From contig CBFFRP010000413.1 of the NCBI GenBank assembly GCA_965644295.1, positions 42,520 to 106,519 on the forward strand: DNA of 64,000 nucleotides, written 5' to 3'. The notes beneath the pieces were generated by a model. It was not told where the DNA came from. It searched no databases and saw only the letters and a program-made list of their open reading frames with translations. This stretch comes from Paraphysomonas bandaiensis (lineage: Eukaryota > Protista > Chrysophyceae). Shown here piece after piece: positions 11,701-19,802 of this stretch. Position 1 is the stretch's first letter. Each line of letters begins with the position of its first letter. A program made the translations under genes and the position numbers.

Positions 11701-13793
11701 GCTCGTTCTTTAGTTGTCCGCCATGATCGCTCTTGGAATGGGTTATCCTCGGGGGTATACGGGGAGTTGAAAGTCCATGTAGCCCCTATTGATTGAAGAT
11801 ACTCTAGAACTTTTCTTGATACCAGCTCCTTCCCCCCATCCGCATGATAATGTTGTAGTCGTTTGCCTTTACTATGTAGATACATGACAACTTTCTGGAT
11901 GGATTGGATGACGAAATCTTCATCTCTCGTTGGTCCGTAGGAGTCCCATTGGTGTCTGGAAGCTACATCTGTCATCCCGAGTATGTAACGGTTGCCAGTA
12001 ATGATTGCCTCTGGTGCATGGGGTCCAGAAAAATCGGCTACTACTAGCTCCCCCAGCTCATTTGCTCTTCTTACACGCTTGAGCAGCATTTGTCTGATAG
12101 CGTGTCTATGTTTTCGGCGATGAGATTTACCACTAGCACAACCATCACATAGGCCACCCGGTAAAGAAGTAGCATTCATCTCCGACTTCGTTAACTTAAT
12201 ACCCGTTACTAATTTTGACTGTACAGCTTTCTGTATGAGTCCAATTGAAGAATGTGCCAATCTCTTATGTGCTAGAGTTGCGAGTGGGCCTGAAGCAGTT
12301 GAAGCAAGGTGGGATTCGTCAATAGGAGTACCGAGGTCTGTTAATGGAATTTCATATAGGCCTCCAACTCCCTTACCCTTTGATAGCAGTATTTCATCTT
12401 TATATATCTCAACTGATTGGTTTCCGAACAAGATTTTATACCCTAGGTCATCTAATTGGCTGATGGACACGAGTGTCCTCGAAGCATGGTCCACGTGCTT
12501 GCACTTGGGGATAATACCAAGTCTTCCATGTCCTGAAGAGGTCATAGTCGATCCTGACTTAGCTGTTTGAATGTCGGTGAGGCATTCCTCATAATTGGTG
12601 ATGTATCCGGCTTCAGGTGTGATGGAGACTGTGCAGCCAGAATCAAGGGTTCCCATTCCGGCTTCTTGATCAAAAACGAAGTTCGTTTGGTCGTTTGTTG
12701 GATATCCGACTCCTCCGAAGTCTCGTCCTTTCTGTTGTAATGGACCACTGTCTTCATAATCTGCAAACTGGTCGGATTCGTCGTTTTCAGTGCTCTGGTG
12801 GGTCTGGAATCTAACTTTTTTGAATTTCCTACTGGTTGATTTGTTTCCAGAGGAACTCTTCATTTGTTGGATCCTTTCCCATGAGTGTTTGCATTCTGAA
12901 GCGATGTGTCCTTTTCCATCGCATCGGAAACACTTAATGTCCTTGTCAGTTCTCTTGTCATGTTTCGGTTTATTGGAACGGTTTCTGAAAGATGTCCCCT
13001 TTTTGCGCTTGGAATTCACTTTACTTTTGAAAAATGGGGGTTTTGAGGCTGCAAGCTGAATACTGTCGGTTTTTGTTTCTTCGTTGCTTGACAAGAGCAT
13101 TCCTACAGACGAGCTTCCTAATCCGCGTAGTCTGCGTATGAGTGTTTTGTAGTCATCGATAGGGTGCATCTGCAGGTTGATTGCCAGTTCACGATACGTC
13201 ATATTTTCTTTGGATACCAGGCCTTGTCGAATGCGTGAGATGAGATCTTGGTCACTTATCCGATGACCATAATTAATCAGCTTGTTTCGGAGCTTTTCGA
13301 CAGCGTCAAGAAAGTTGATTATCGACTGACCTTTTTTGATTTTTATGCTCTGAAACTGGCCAATCAGATCAGTGATGACGTCGTTAGTCGTTTTTTCTTT
13401 GAAGTGGTTGAGCAAGTCCGTCCAGGCGGTTTTACCGTCTCCATCGGGGACGTTCTCCAAAATCCCTTCAGCCTCTTCATTCTGACCAATGATAGAGCTT
13501 GCAATGACTGACCATAGGTAGTTATTACCTTCATCATAATATCGTTTCGCATCCTGATACTGTTCGAGTCGATACTGGTAGTCCTCGTCATCTGAGTTTT
13601 CTCCTGCTTCAGGCTCAATTGGATGATCGTTCTGTAGAGTATAAACGATCTTAGGCTTGCGATAGAACCATGCACGGCACTTCTTCTGCCACCTGGAGAA
13701 GTTCTTCGCATCGAATTTTGGCATTGAGTCCTTTCGCTTGTCGGTTGTCGAATCCGAGTCGGTTGAGTCGTAACTTGTAACTTGAACTGACAT
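8799..13793 (-). CDS. Copia Gag-Pol polyprotein (1664 aa)
   Basis: Zinc knuckle CFRCDGKGHIASEC; protease LDSGCT; HKRLAH..CDGC; integrase ADFSG/HADGG/QER; RT FKARLVAQG and YVDD; RNase H YCDSDWA and TKHI. Integrase before RT is the Copia order. Confidence 0.97.
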   Translation of the reverse strand: MSVQVTSYDSTDSDSTTDKRKDSMPKFDAKNFSRWQKKCRAWFYRKPKIVYTLQNDHPIEPEAGENSDDEDYQYRLEQYQDAKRYYDEGNNYLWSVIASSIIGQNEEAEGILENVPDGDGKTAWTDLLNHFKEKTTNDVITDLIGQFQSIKIKKGQSIINFLDAVEKLRNKLINYGHRISDQDLISRIRQGLVSKENMTYRELAINLQMHPIDDYKTLIRRLRGLGSSSVGMLLSSNEETKTDSIQLAASKPPFFKSKVNSKRKKGTSFRNRSNKPKHDKRTDKDIKCFRCDGKGHIASECKHSWERIQQMKSSSGNKSTSRKFKKVRFQTHQSTENDESDQFADYEDSGPLQQKGRDFGGVGYPTNDQTNFVFDQEAGMGTLDSGCTVSITPEAGYITNYEECLTDIQTAKSGSTMTSSGHGRLGIIPKCKHVDHASRTLVSISQLDDLGYKILFGNQSVEIYKDEILLSKGKGVGGLYEIPLTDLGTPIDESHLASTASGPLATLAHKRLAHSSIGLIQKAVQSKLVTGIKLTKSEMNATSLPGGLCDGCASGKSHRRKHRHAIRQMLLKRVRRANELGELVVADFSGPHAPEAIITGNRYILGMTDVASRHQWDSYGPTRDEDFVIQSIQKVVMYLHSKGKRLQHYHADGGKELVSRKVLEYLQSIGATWTFNSPYTPEDNPFQERSWRTTKERALSSLIDSGLPPNFWEQASKATIHIKNRLPCQTAKGFMSPLQFIENEIPDLSYARIWGCKCFVNIDSSLRKNNWDRHSWPGYFMGYREDGPGYIVFVPALRDFVISGHVFFNECVPPADKRYFKEINEIFRENETSRTVESFKYLIGLAHVDPDDGLTYVTTQIKLRKGLIAAYRGLVDDSGDKTRLIQLDDPIHAADVEKYTEEYIELKAVGLKCNTSRSKTPIHKSSKSDRDPDTVNGSPAPAATSRGSGVNRRHHDAAQERISSHRCEPTHSDAKIAKTRPSKQFNGNLVPNPAPHGQVDRVRQRVAKRCNKPADSSGDWENQGTPEGPSKVRATAKQQFLAGRKSVLRSRRMARKRVIVNIHKLGDGVYTCDVNAKHVVNHMAHDTQCISKLHTNNIDIVMHAISNCDDIDELTDTPKSVQDAISGKYKQQWIDAINREISTLQRKGCWRYTALPPGARAIKGKLIFKIKRKQNDIKFKARLVAQGFTQIQGIDYNDTYSPVAKATSLRTIIALSTIMKLKLHQIDFTTAYINADLEEDIYMYPPPGMDVPDGKVLKLMKSIYGLKQAGLNWYKCCTNFMLDMGFTRLISDPCIFKKQINGRIMLIAMYVDDIIIASTSDTDIQQFKDHLSKKFEITDLGLLDYYLGISIHQDFDKNITTLSQEQYVRKLLDKFNMSNSKPMSTPMLLSFNYDLHEYNHLSESNQSYVQNFPYKELIGSLMYLAVCTRPDIAYAVNTLARFSDMPNLTTCNAALHVLRYLKGTAKQGLIYSGSHITLSGYCDSDWARCHLTRRSTTAFTFFIGNCLISWQSRLQTTVALSSTEAEYMALSSAAQEALWLRSLLSEIGFKLPFSTTIWCDNKGAVQLCYNPTHHRRTKHIAIRYHFIRENIAENQLTVDHIPTTSMLADLLTKPLGTTNFLQLRTTLMGGAGFDIPSSSNRKRSTTSETPKSQLTSHKRPRWLV

Positions 13794-13803
13794 CTCGCTA
13801 CCA
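13794..13803 (-). promoter_or_regulatory. Primer-binding site of Copia element 1
   Basis: TGGTAGCGAG directly follows the 5' LTR and directly precedes the gag ATG. The first 8 nt equal the Ty1 tRNAiMet PBS (TGGTAGCG). Confidence 0.8.
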
Positions 13804-14068
13804 AATAAAGAATTGATCTTTATAATAGTAAAACAATGTTGTGATTATTAGAGTGTAAGTAATGAACACGATAGAGTGAAAATTATGAATAACAATATAG
13901 AACGTACTATCATGCACAACGGAATAGTTAGAAGTGTAACTGATAATGACGACGTTATGATGACGATCACGTATCTTCGACAGATACTCTCTCTAATTCA
14001 GTTCATGGTATATTTCATTGAACATTATAACTCACAGATACAATCATGTATTAAGCTGAATCCTAATA
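13804..14068 (-). repeat. 5' LTR of Copia element 1
   Basis: Direct repeat of 8334-8598. Termini 5'-TATTAGG...CTTTATT-3'. Confidence 0.95.
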
Positions 14069-14988
14069 GAAAGCTGCTTGTGCGTCACCGCAAGTACCAA
14101 GGTGCAATCACTTTCGCTCTATCACTCAAAGCAAACGCAGCGAGAAAGCAGAATGTTGATATACCTGACATCTGCTGACTTCAGGGTTTTTGAGTCCGTA
14201 AGAAGGTGAACAGCCCGGATGCTTGAATTCAGCAGATAGCCCAATACCCCTGATAGCCTTGAGGTGGACCCATTCCCTGACGCCTGTCTATTCGTCAGGG
14301 CCCAAAGACGTCTACACAAGTGACATTTAATTTGTATTAGGCTATGAGTGGGCAGAAGAATATCTACTGACTATATAATATGTAATTCACGCTCCTAGTT
14401 TCCCAGAGAAAAACCTCCAAAAATCCCACGAAAGGTGCGAGTCCGACTTTGTTGAGGGCGGAAATAGTTATTTGCTAAGGAGTAGTGTTATTGATTATCA
14501 TGTGATATTAATGACTAGTATTAATAATGGAATCTATGGAGGAGGTTACTTACTGATTAATGATACTAATATATTGCAATAGTATTGTTGGACCGGTTTA
14601 AAAACTCCATCAATACTATTGACGGAACGCTATCTCACAATTGTATTGCAATATATTTTTCCCTTTCCCTGAGTTGAATTGACTATCAATGCTATTTGGT
14701 TGTCACTAAATATTCATCCAACAAGTAGTATGAGTACATAGGGAGCAGGAACAGATTATCATCACTTACCCGTTCTTTTAAATGTGGGAAGCCTATTAAA
14801 AGAAAGTTCCCAAGTAATAGTGCATTTATATGACTTAGTACTCATTACACAGTATTCAGAACACGCACACTGTTCAAGTCTGCAAAACTACTAGCTATAC
14901 TTGCCCCAATCCCACAGTGTAGGCTCGTCGGTAACAAAATCGCACAATAAGGTGGTGTGTTCTATAACATTGTATCTCTAAAATGAGC

Positions 14989-15384
14989 TCAATACTGCTT
15001 CGCAGCGGTTGATTTTGCCCATTCTTGAAGAATTCTACACGTTCTAGCCCCACAAACCGTGCTCCCAGATTTCTTATTGTAGAAAAAAGGTACACCGCCG
15101 CATTTTTCCTCACCACCCAGAGCTCTATACAAATCTTGATTTGTCGCATTACCGTAAACTTCCTTCCTGGTAATCTGTTTACCCAAAGCAAATTCTAAGC
15201 AGGTAACGGCAGGTGCCACATGAGCAGTATATGGACAAGACGCACCATAGAAGAATATTAAATCATCGTCTAATTCGAAAGAGTTTATTTTGTCTTTAAT
15301 TTCGAGTAACTTAGTCTGCTTCATGTCCTCTATTCTCTGAAGGTCTTTAAGTAGAGAGTGGGTGGCATCGTCATTATCAACCAT
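14989..15384 (-). CDS. Thioredoxin/glutaredoxin-fold protein (CPYT active site)
   Basis: FFYGASCPYT...RKEVY...KCGGVPFFYNKKSG..CGA...LQEWA has a Trx-like fold with the cis-Pro VPF motif. Confidence 0.75.
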   Translation of the reverse strand: MVDNDDATHSLLKDLQRIEDMKQTKLLEIKDKINSFELDDDLIFFYGASCPYTAHVAPAVTCLEFALGKQITRKEVYGNATNQDLYRALGGEEKCGGVPFFYNKKSGSTVCGARTCRILQEWAKSTAAKQY

Positions 15385-15732
15385 TTTGGAAATTCTAATA
15401 TTTTAATCTGAAATACGACTTCTTAAACAGTTGTACAGGTTTGCATGTTAAGGTTAGGATTAGCTGGCTTGTACCTTGTACTCTGTATCTTCACATGTCG
15501 GTATACCCATGGGTATACGGTATACGGTATAGTTGGAATTCTTGCTTTGTCAGACATTTTTGAGTCCGTATTTCATAGAATACCATGGAATACTGTATTT
15601 TCCTACTTTTTACTGGTTTACTTTCTTTCTTTTTTTGCCAAGAGTGAGTGGATTAAAAGTAACTAAGACACAGCATGCATATATATATATTCGTGCTCTG
15701 GGGTAGATATGTCGTCGGAGAGCTGAGTCGAG

Positions 15733-16497
15733 ATGTCAGGTCTAAATGATGAGAGTGAGGGAAGTGATCAGGTCTATGAGGATGACTCAAGAAAAGTGTT
15801 TGTTTCCCGTCTGCCCCCTTCATGGACGGAGGAGCATCTGAAATCTCATTTTGAGGCATGCTTTGGGACAGTTGACTGTGCATCTATTAAATGGGATGAT
15901 GATAACAACTGCAGTCTCGGTTTTGGTTTTGTAACTTTCGAATCTGAACAATTAAAAGAAAAGGCGGTTCTACAAGGCTGTATACATGCTAAACGCCGCA
16001 CTATTCATATCCGTCCTGTTGAGCGCACAGATGGATCACAAGGGAGAGGTAGAGATTGTGGAATATGTTACATGTGGCAGAAGTCCGCCTGTGTTCGCGG
16101 AAATACCTGTAAATTTCTTCATGAAGGACCAGGGGCATGTATCACCCAGTCAGCCCCTGGAGAGGGCAAGAGAAATAAATGTTTGTCATATAAAACCAAA
16201 GGGAAATGTTCTAAAGGCAATTCTTGTCCATTTTTGCATATGAGAAATCCGCTTGCTGAGAGTTCCAACTTAAGTGTCCAGACTGAAAACAAGATTTGTC
16301 ATTCGTTTAAGAAAAAAGGAAAATGCCGATATGGTGAAGACTGCATGTTCTCTCATTGTGTAGATGCTACGAAAAAGAAGAAACCAGAAAATTGTGTGGG
16401 AAAGAAGCGTAGAATAGATGGAGATGTATTGGTTCGCAGAAAGAAGTCGTTAGTTGGACCCAGTGCAAATTCGTTAGTTAGTGAAATATCCTCGTAA
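15733..16497 (+). CDS. RRM plus triple CCCH zinc-finger RNA-binding protein
   Basis: RNP2 VFVSRL and RNP1 LGFGFVTF. Three C-x7-C-x5-C-x3-H fingers. Basic C-terminal NLS-like tail. Confidence 0.9.
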   Translation: MSGLNDESEGSDQVYEDDSRKVFVSRLPPSWTEEHLKSHFEACFGTVDCASIKWDDDNNCSLGFGFVTFESEQLKEKAVLQGCIHAKRRTIHIRPVERTDGSQGRGRDCGICYMWQKSACVRGNTCKFLHEGPGACITQSAPGEGKRNKCLSYKTKGKCSKGNSCPFLHMRNPLAESSNLSVQTENKICHSFKKKGKCRYGEDCMFSHCVDATKKKKPENCVGKKRRIDGDVLVRRKKSLVGPSANSLVSEISS

Positions 16498-16608
16498 AAT
16501 AGTAGATACGAATCACGTTCCCGTACTGGTTCTTGCTAAGAAACTAATGACACGATATTCAGATCTCACACGATATATGTAAAATATTTATAGTTACCTA
16601 GTAGCGAA

Positions 16609-17001
16609 ATGTTTTCGTATTTGGAATTGAGTTATAGTACAATCTATCATTGCTGGCTATCTGGGTATATACCCGGATCAATTTCTGTGTACGACGTCAT
16701 AATTCCATATCATATTGCTGACAGCGGGGCCGGTTCATCTTCAATATTAGAATTCACTCCCACAGAGCCACCAAGAAGTTACGACATCAACTTGACATTC
16801 AGTACAAGTAGCGTTGTGAAGCGGTCGTTCAGCCAAAAATATCATGACACACTTGCGACTAGGAATGACCCCACGATGCCTCGAACTGTTGCTGTCTTGT
16901 GGACCGCAAAGACAGTGCAACAGGTCATCGATGATGGACCGTCCGATTATGACGAGAATGAGGACGACGGTAACGAAGAGTTGGAATACTTAGAGCGCTA
17001 G
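16609..17001 (+). CDS. Hypothetical protein or terminal exon fragment
   Basis: 130-codon ORF with an acidic C-terminus. No recognisable motif. Confidence 0.25.
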   Translation: MFSYLELSYSTIYHCWLSGYIPGSISVYDVIIPYHIADSGAGSSSILEFTPTEPPRSYDINLTFSTSSVVKRSFSQKYHDTLATRNDPTMPRTVAVLWTAKTVQQVIDDGPSDYDENEDDGNEELEYLER

Positions 17002-17913
17002 TTGCTGCATTGTTTTTGGGTTTTCATCATCATGTTGTAACCTCTACTGACTAACTAGTAACTAGATACTAGATACTACTGATCGAGCTAATGTTTTCTT
17101 CTTAGCGCCCAATATAATATATCAATATATTGCAATATAATTATTATTTACTATTGGTCTTTAAAGTATTATTATCATTATTTTTTATTTTTGCTGGCAA
17201 TATATTGTTATCCCCATTTTGTCTCAAAAAATGCTTTTTTTTGACCTGATTTGGGCTCAACAGGGCGCTCATATCAGCACCGGGAAAATATAGACATTCA
17301 AGCTCACTTCTATCTTCATTATGATAATGACAGTCGAATGTACGTGATTTTATTATAGTACACAATTATAGAGAAACCACAATCATGAGCCAAATATCAA
17401 GAGCAGATCATTCAACACTCCAGGTTATATTCCATCCTTCGACTGCTGTAGAAGATCACAACGATGTCAGTGCAAGTGATCTGTCTTCATATCCAGGACT
17501 TCGAAACAACTTCAAGAATATTACAGGAGAGTTTAAGTACCATATCTGATGCTATATAGGTGGTTAGGAGCAGTGGCACCCAGTTCTTTCAGGGTTGGGG
17601 CCATACCATGCTTCTCAGGATGTTGTGTGTCTCATATCATACACACATCCTTCGATAAGGTGCACTTGCAGAGGTAAAGCCTGCTGTATATAAATGTGAT
17701 GATGATGCTAATAAAGGCAATAAGAAGCCTCTCTGTCATCTTCAACTGTTTACATTTATCATCACACTTACAGTATACATATCATTCATTTGAAACTATA
17801 TGAGTTCTCATTTGTGTTATTAATGTTAATCAAGGAACATCTATTTCTTAATACAGCAAGCATGCTACAAATAGCTATACAATCTAATATTAACTTTTCA
17901 ACGTCATGAGGAT

Positions 17914-18048
17914 AAGCTACAATTTAACCTAGGGATAAGGAGTATCGTCCCTTGTCTAAATTTTAAAACTCGGGCTTTTCGCCCTCGTTTCAAAATTTTG
18001 AGCGCGGGACGTTATAGCCTCCTTATTGACCGTGGTTAAATATAACTA
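17914..18048. repeat. ~135-bp imperfect palindrome (MITE-like hairpin)
   Basis: Nested inverted pairs ATTTAACC/GGTTAAAT, ATAAGGAG/CTCCTTAT, CGTCCC/GGGACG and AAATTTT/AAAATTT around a central GGGC-TTTTC-GCCC. Confidence 0.7.
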
Positions 18049-18408
18049 TACCGACCCTGGCTGACAGGATTGCAGGATAGTTGTGATCAGTCGTGAGGAG
18101 ACAATGTCGATGATCTCAACAAAATTAGAATGATATCACTTACAAGCTATTAGCCATGTATATCACTTTCTTTAGCGAGCTTTCTTTTTTAGCTCTGAAA
18201 ATCTGAAATAGACATGTATTTCAGTTTCTAACGTCACATGGCATAAATAGATAATTCATCCTATTACCACAATTATCTTGCATTCTATTCTTATGAAAAG
18301 TATAGTATTTTTTATTTACTGATTTTAACTATTATTTTTATCTCATGGGACTACGACGTAGAGAATCCTCAGAGCATACATACGTGACGGTTGTTCTAAA
18401 GCACTCAT

Positions 18409-18912
18409 ATATATTGAAAGTCTTATTATTAGCAATAAGCGTTAAAAATCTGCACCAACTTAGGAGCTAGATAAATGCTAGACAAACTAGTTAGACCTCT
18501 ACCTGTAACTAATCAGTACACACTTTTTTTATCCTACTATATTTAACGCTACGGAAGCTGCTTGTGCGTCGCCGCAAGCACCAAGGTGAGACCACTTCCT
18601 CTCTGAGTTCTTAAGGTTAACATCCCGGATGCTTGACTTCAGCAGGCAGCCCAATACCCCGGATGCCCTCTTGAGGTGGGCCCATTCCCGGATGCCTGTT
18701 TATTCGTCAGGGCCCAAAGACGTCTACACAAGTGACACTTATTGGTGTCCCTTGTACCACACAAGCATTCGGCTATGAGTGGGCAGAAGAATATCTGCTG
18801 ACTATATAATATGTTGTTCACGCTAGTTTCCCAGAGAGAATCTCTCCGGTACTTATCCCCCAGAACACCACACTAAAAGGTGCGAGTCCGACTTTAAATT
18901 GTTGAGGGACGC
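18409..18912 (-). mobile_element. Full-length SINE-like retroposon copy (~500 bp)
   Basis: TSD GCACTCAT at 18401-18408 and 18913-18920. On the minus strand it runs CCCTCAAC..AAAGTCGGACTCGCACC ... AATAATAAGACTTTCAATATAT. Non-coding, with many related copies in the window. Confidence 0.85.
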
Positions 18913-19509
18913 GCACTCATTACAATATCATATATATTATTATACTGCGACTTCCTACTGACTTCTTCCCTCTTTATTTCTTTTGTTATTGTTCGTTTTG
19001 TCAAAAAGGTTGAATGACGAAGTTAAAATGAATTCATACATATATTGAAGGTCACATCCAAAAATTATCAATCTTATACTGATCGCGAGAAATTACATTT
19101 TGATCAACTGTAGTACATGACTTAATGATATGATATGAACTATATCAGTAAACCTGGAATATATTGACCGTATAAATTTGTGACTATGATTTAATAATAC
19201 TTCTTGGTAGTATTGACAGCATTGATTTAGCAAATATAGATATAATTAATCAGGGTGCCGAAGGAAAAAAAGCAACTGCACAACAATGAAATTCGTAGAT
19301 AAATGAGACTCAAAAATCCTGAAGTCAGCAGATGTCAGGTATATCAACATTCTGCTTTTTCACTGCGTTTGCTTTGAGTGGTAGAGAAAAAGTGGCTGTA
19401 TCTTGGTGCTTGCGGTGACGCACAAGCAGCTTTCGTAGTGTGAAATAGCAGAATATCAGAAAAGTGAAGCACTTACTCTAAAACGCCTATTGCTAATAAT
19501 AAGACATTC

Positions 19510-19802
19510 TGTTGAGATCTGAAGATTCTATATACTTGCAATTGAGTGCAGTATTATGTGAGATGCAAGGATCGAAAGATATATATGTAATTAGTACATT
19601 ATATTATGTAGTATGAAACTGAAGTAGAAGTGGATGACTATACAGGATACGATCACTGAGTGGGTGGTTTGTACACTATAGTAGTAAATGAATGGTGTTG
19701 AACACATCGAACACAACTTAGGTTCTTTATCATGTAATGTTTATAATTTCATCTTATCAGTTGAGAATAGTAAACCTTAGCAAATAATGTCAACTTCTGT
19801 TA
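19510..19802 (+). repeat. 5' LTR of Copia element 2
   Basis: TGTTGAG...CTGTTA, no difference seen from 24510-24802. Confidence 0.95.

Larger units (their letters stand above)
8334..14068 (-). mobile_element. Full-length intact Ty1/Copia LTR retrotransposon (element 1)
   Basis: 265-bp LTRs at 8334-8598 and 13804-14068. TSD GAAAG at 8329-8333 and 14069-14073. PBS and PPT present. Single Gag-PR-IN-RT-RH ORF. Confidence 0.97.
8244..14458 (-). mobile_element. SINE-like family copy interrupted by Copia element 1
   Basis: 8244-8333 plus 14074-14458 reassemble into a family copy (empty-site sequence CTACGAAAGCTGC seen at 37135). Imperfect flanking repeat GGAAA(A)TAG. Confidence 0.8.
7728..14671 (+). 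mobile_element. Degenerate hAT-like DNA transposon hosting a SINE-like copy and Copia element 1
   Basis: TIR CAGGAATAGGGAACAATATATTG (7728) vs reverse complement of the right end CAGGGAAAGGGAAAAATATATTG (14671), 20/23 identical. Internal transposase remnant. No TSD recognisable. Confidence 0.6.

Noticed and set aside
18700-18725. CTGACGA (and CTGATGA at ~54938) in the repeat as a hammerhead ribozyme core
   Set aside because: No stem II or GAAA follows (it reads ATAAAC), and no stem I/III pairing could be built.
18879-18890. GGTGCGAGTCC as a Pol III B-box or tRNA-derived head
   Set aside because: It mismatches the invariant TTC, lies antisense to the inferred element direction, and has no A-box or cloverleaf.
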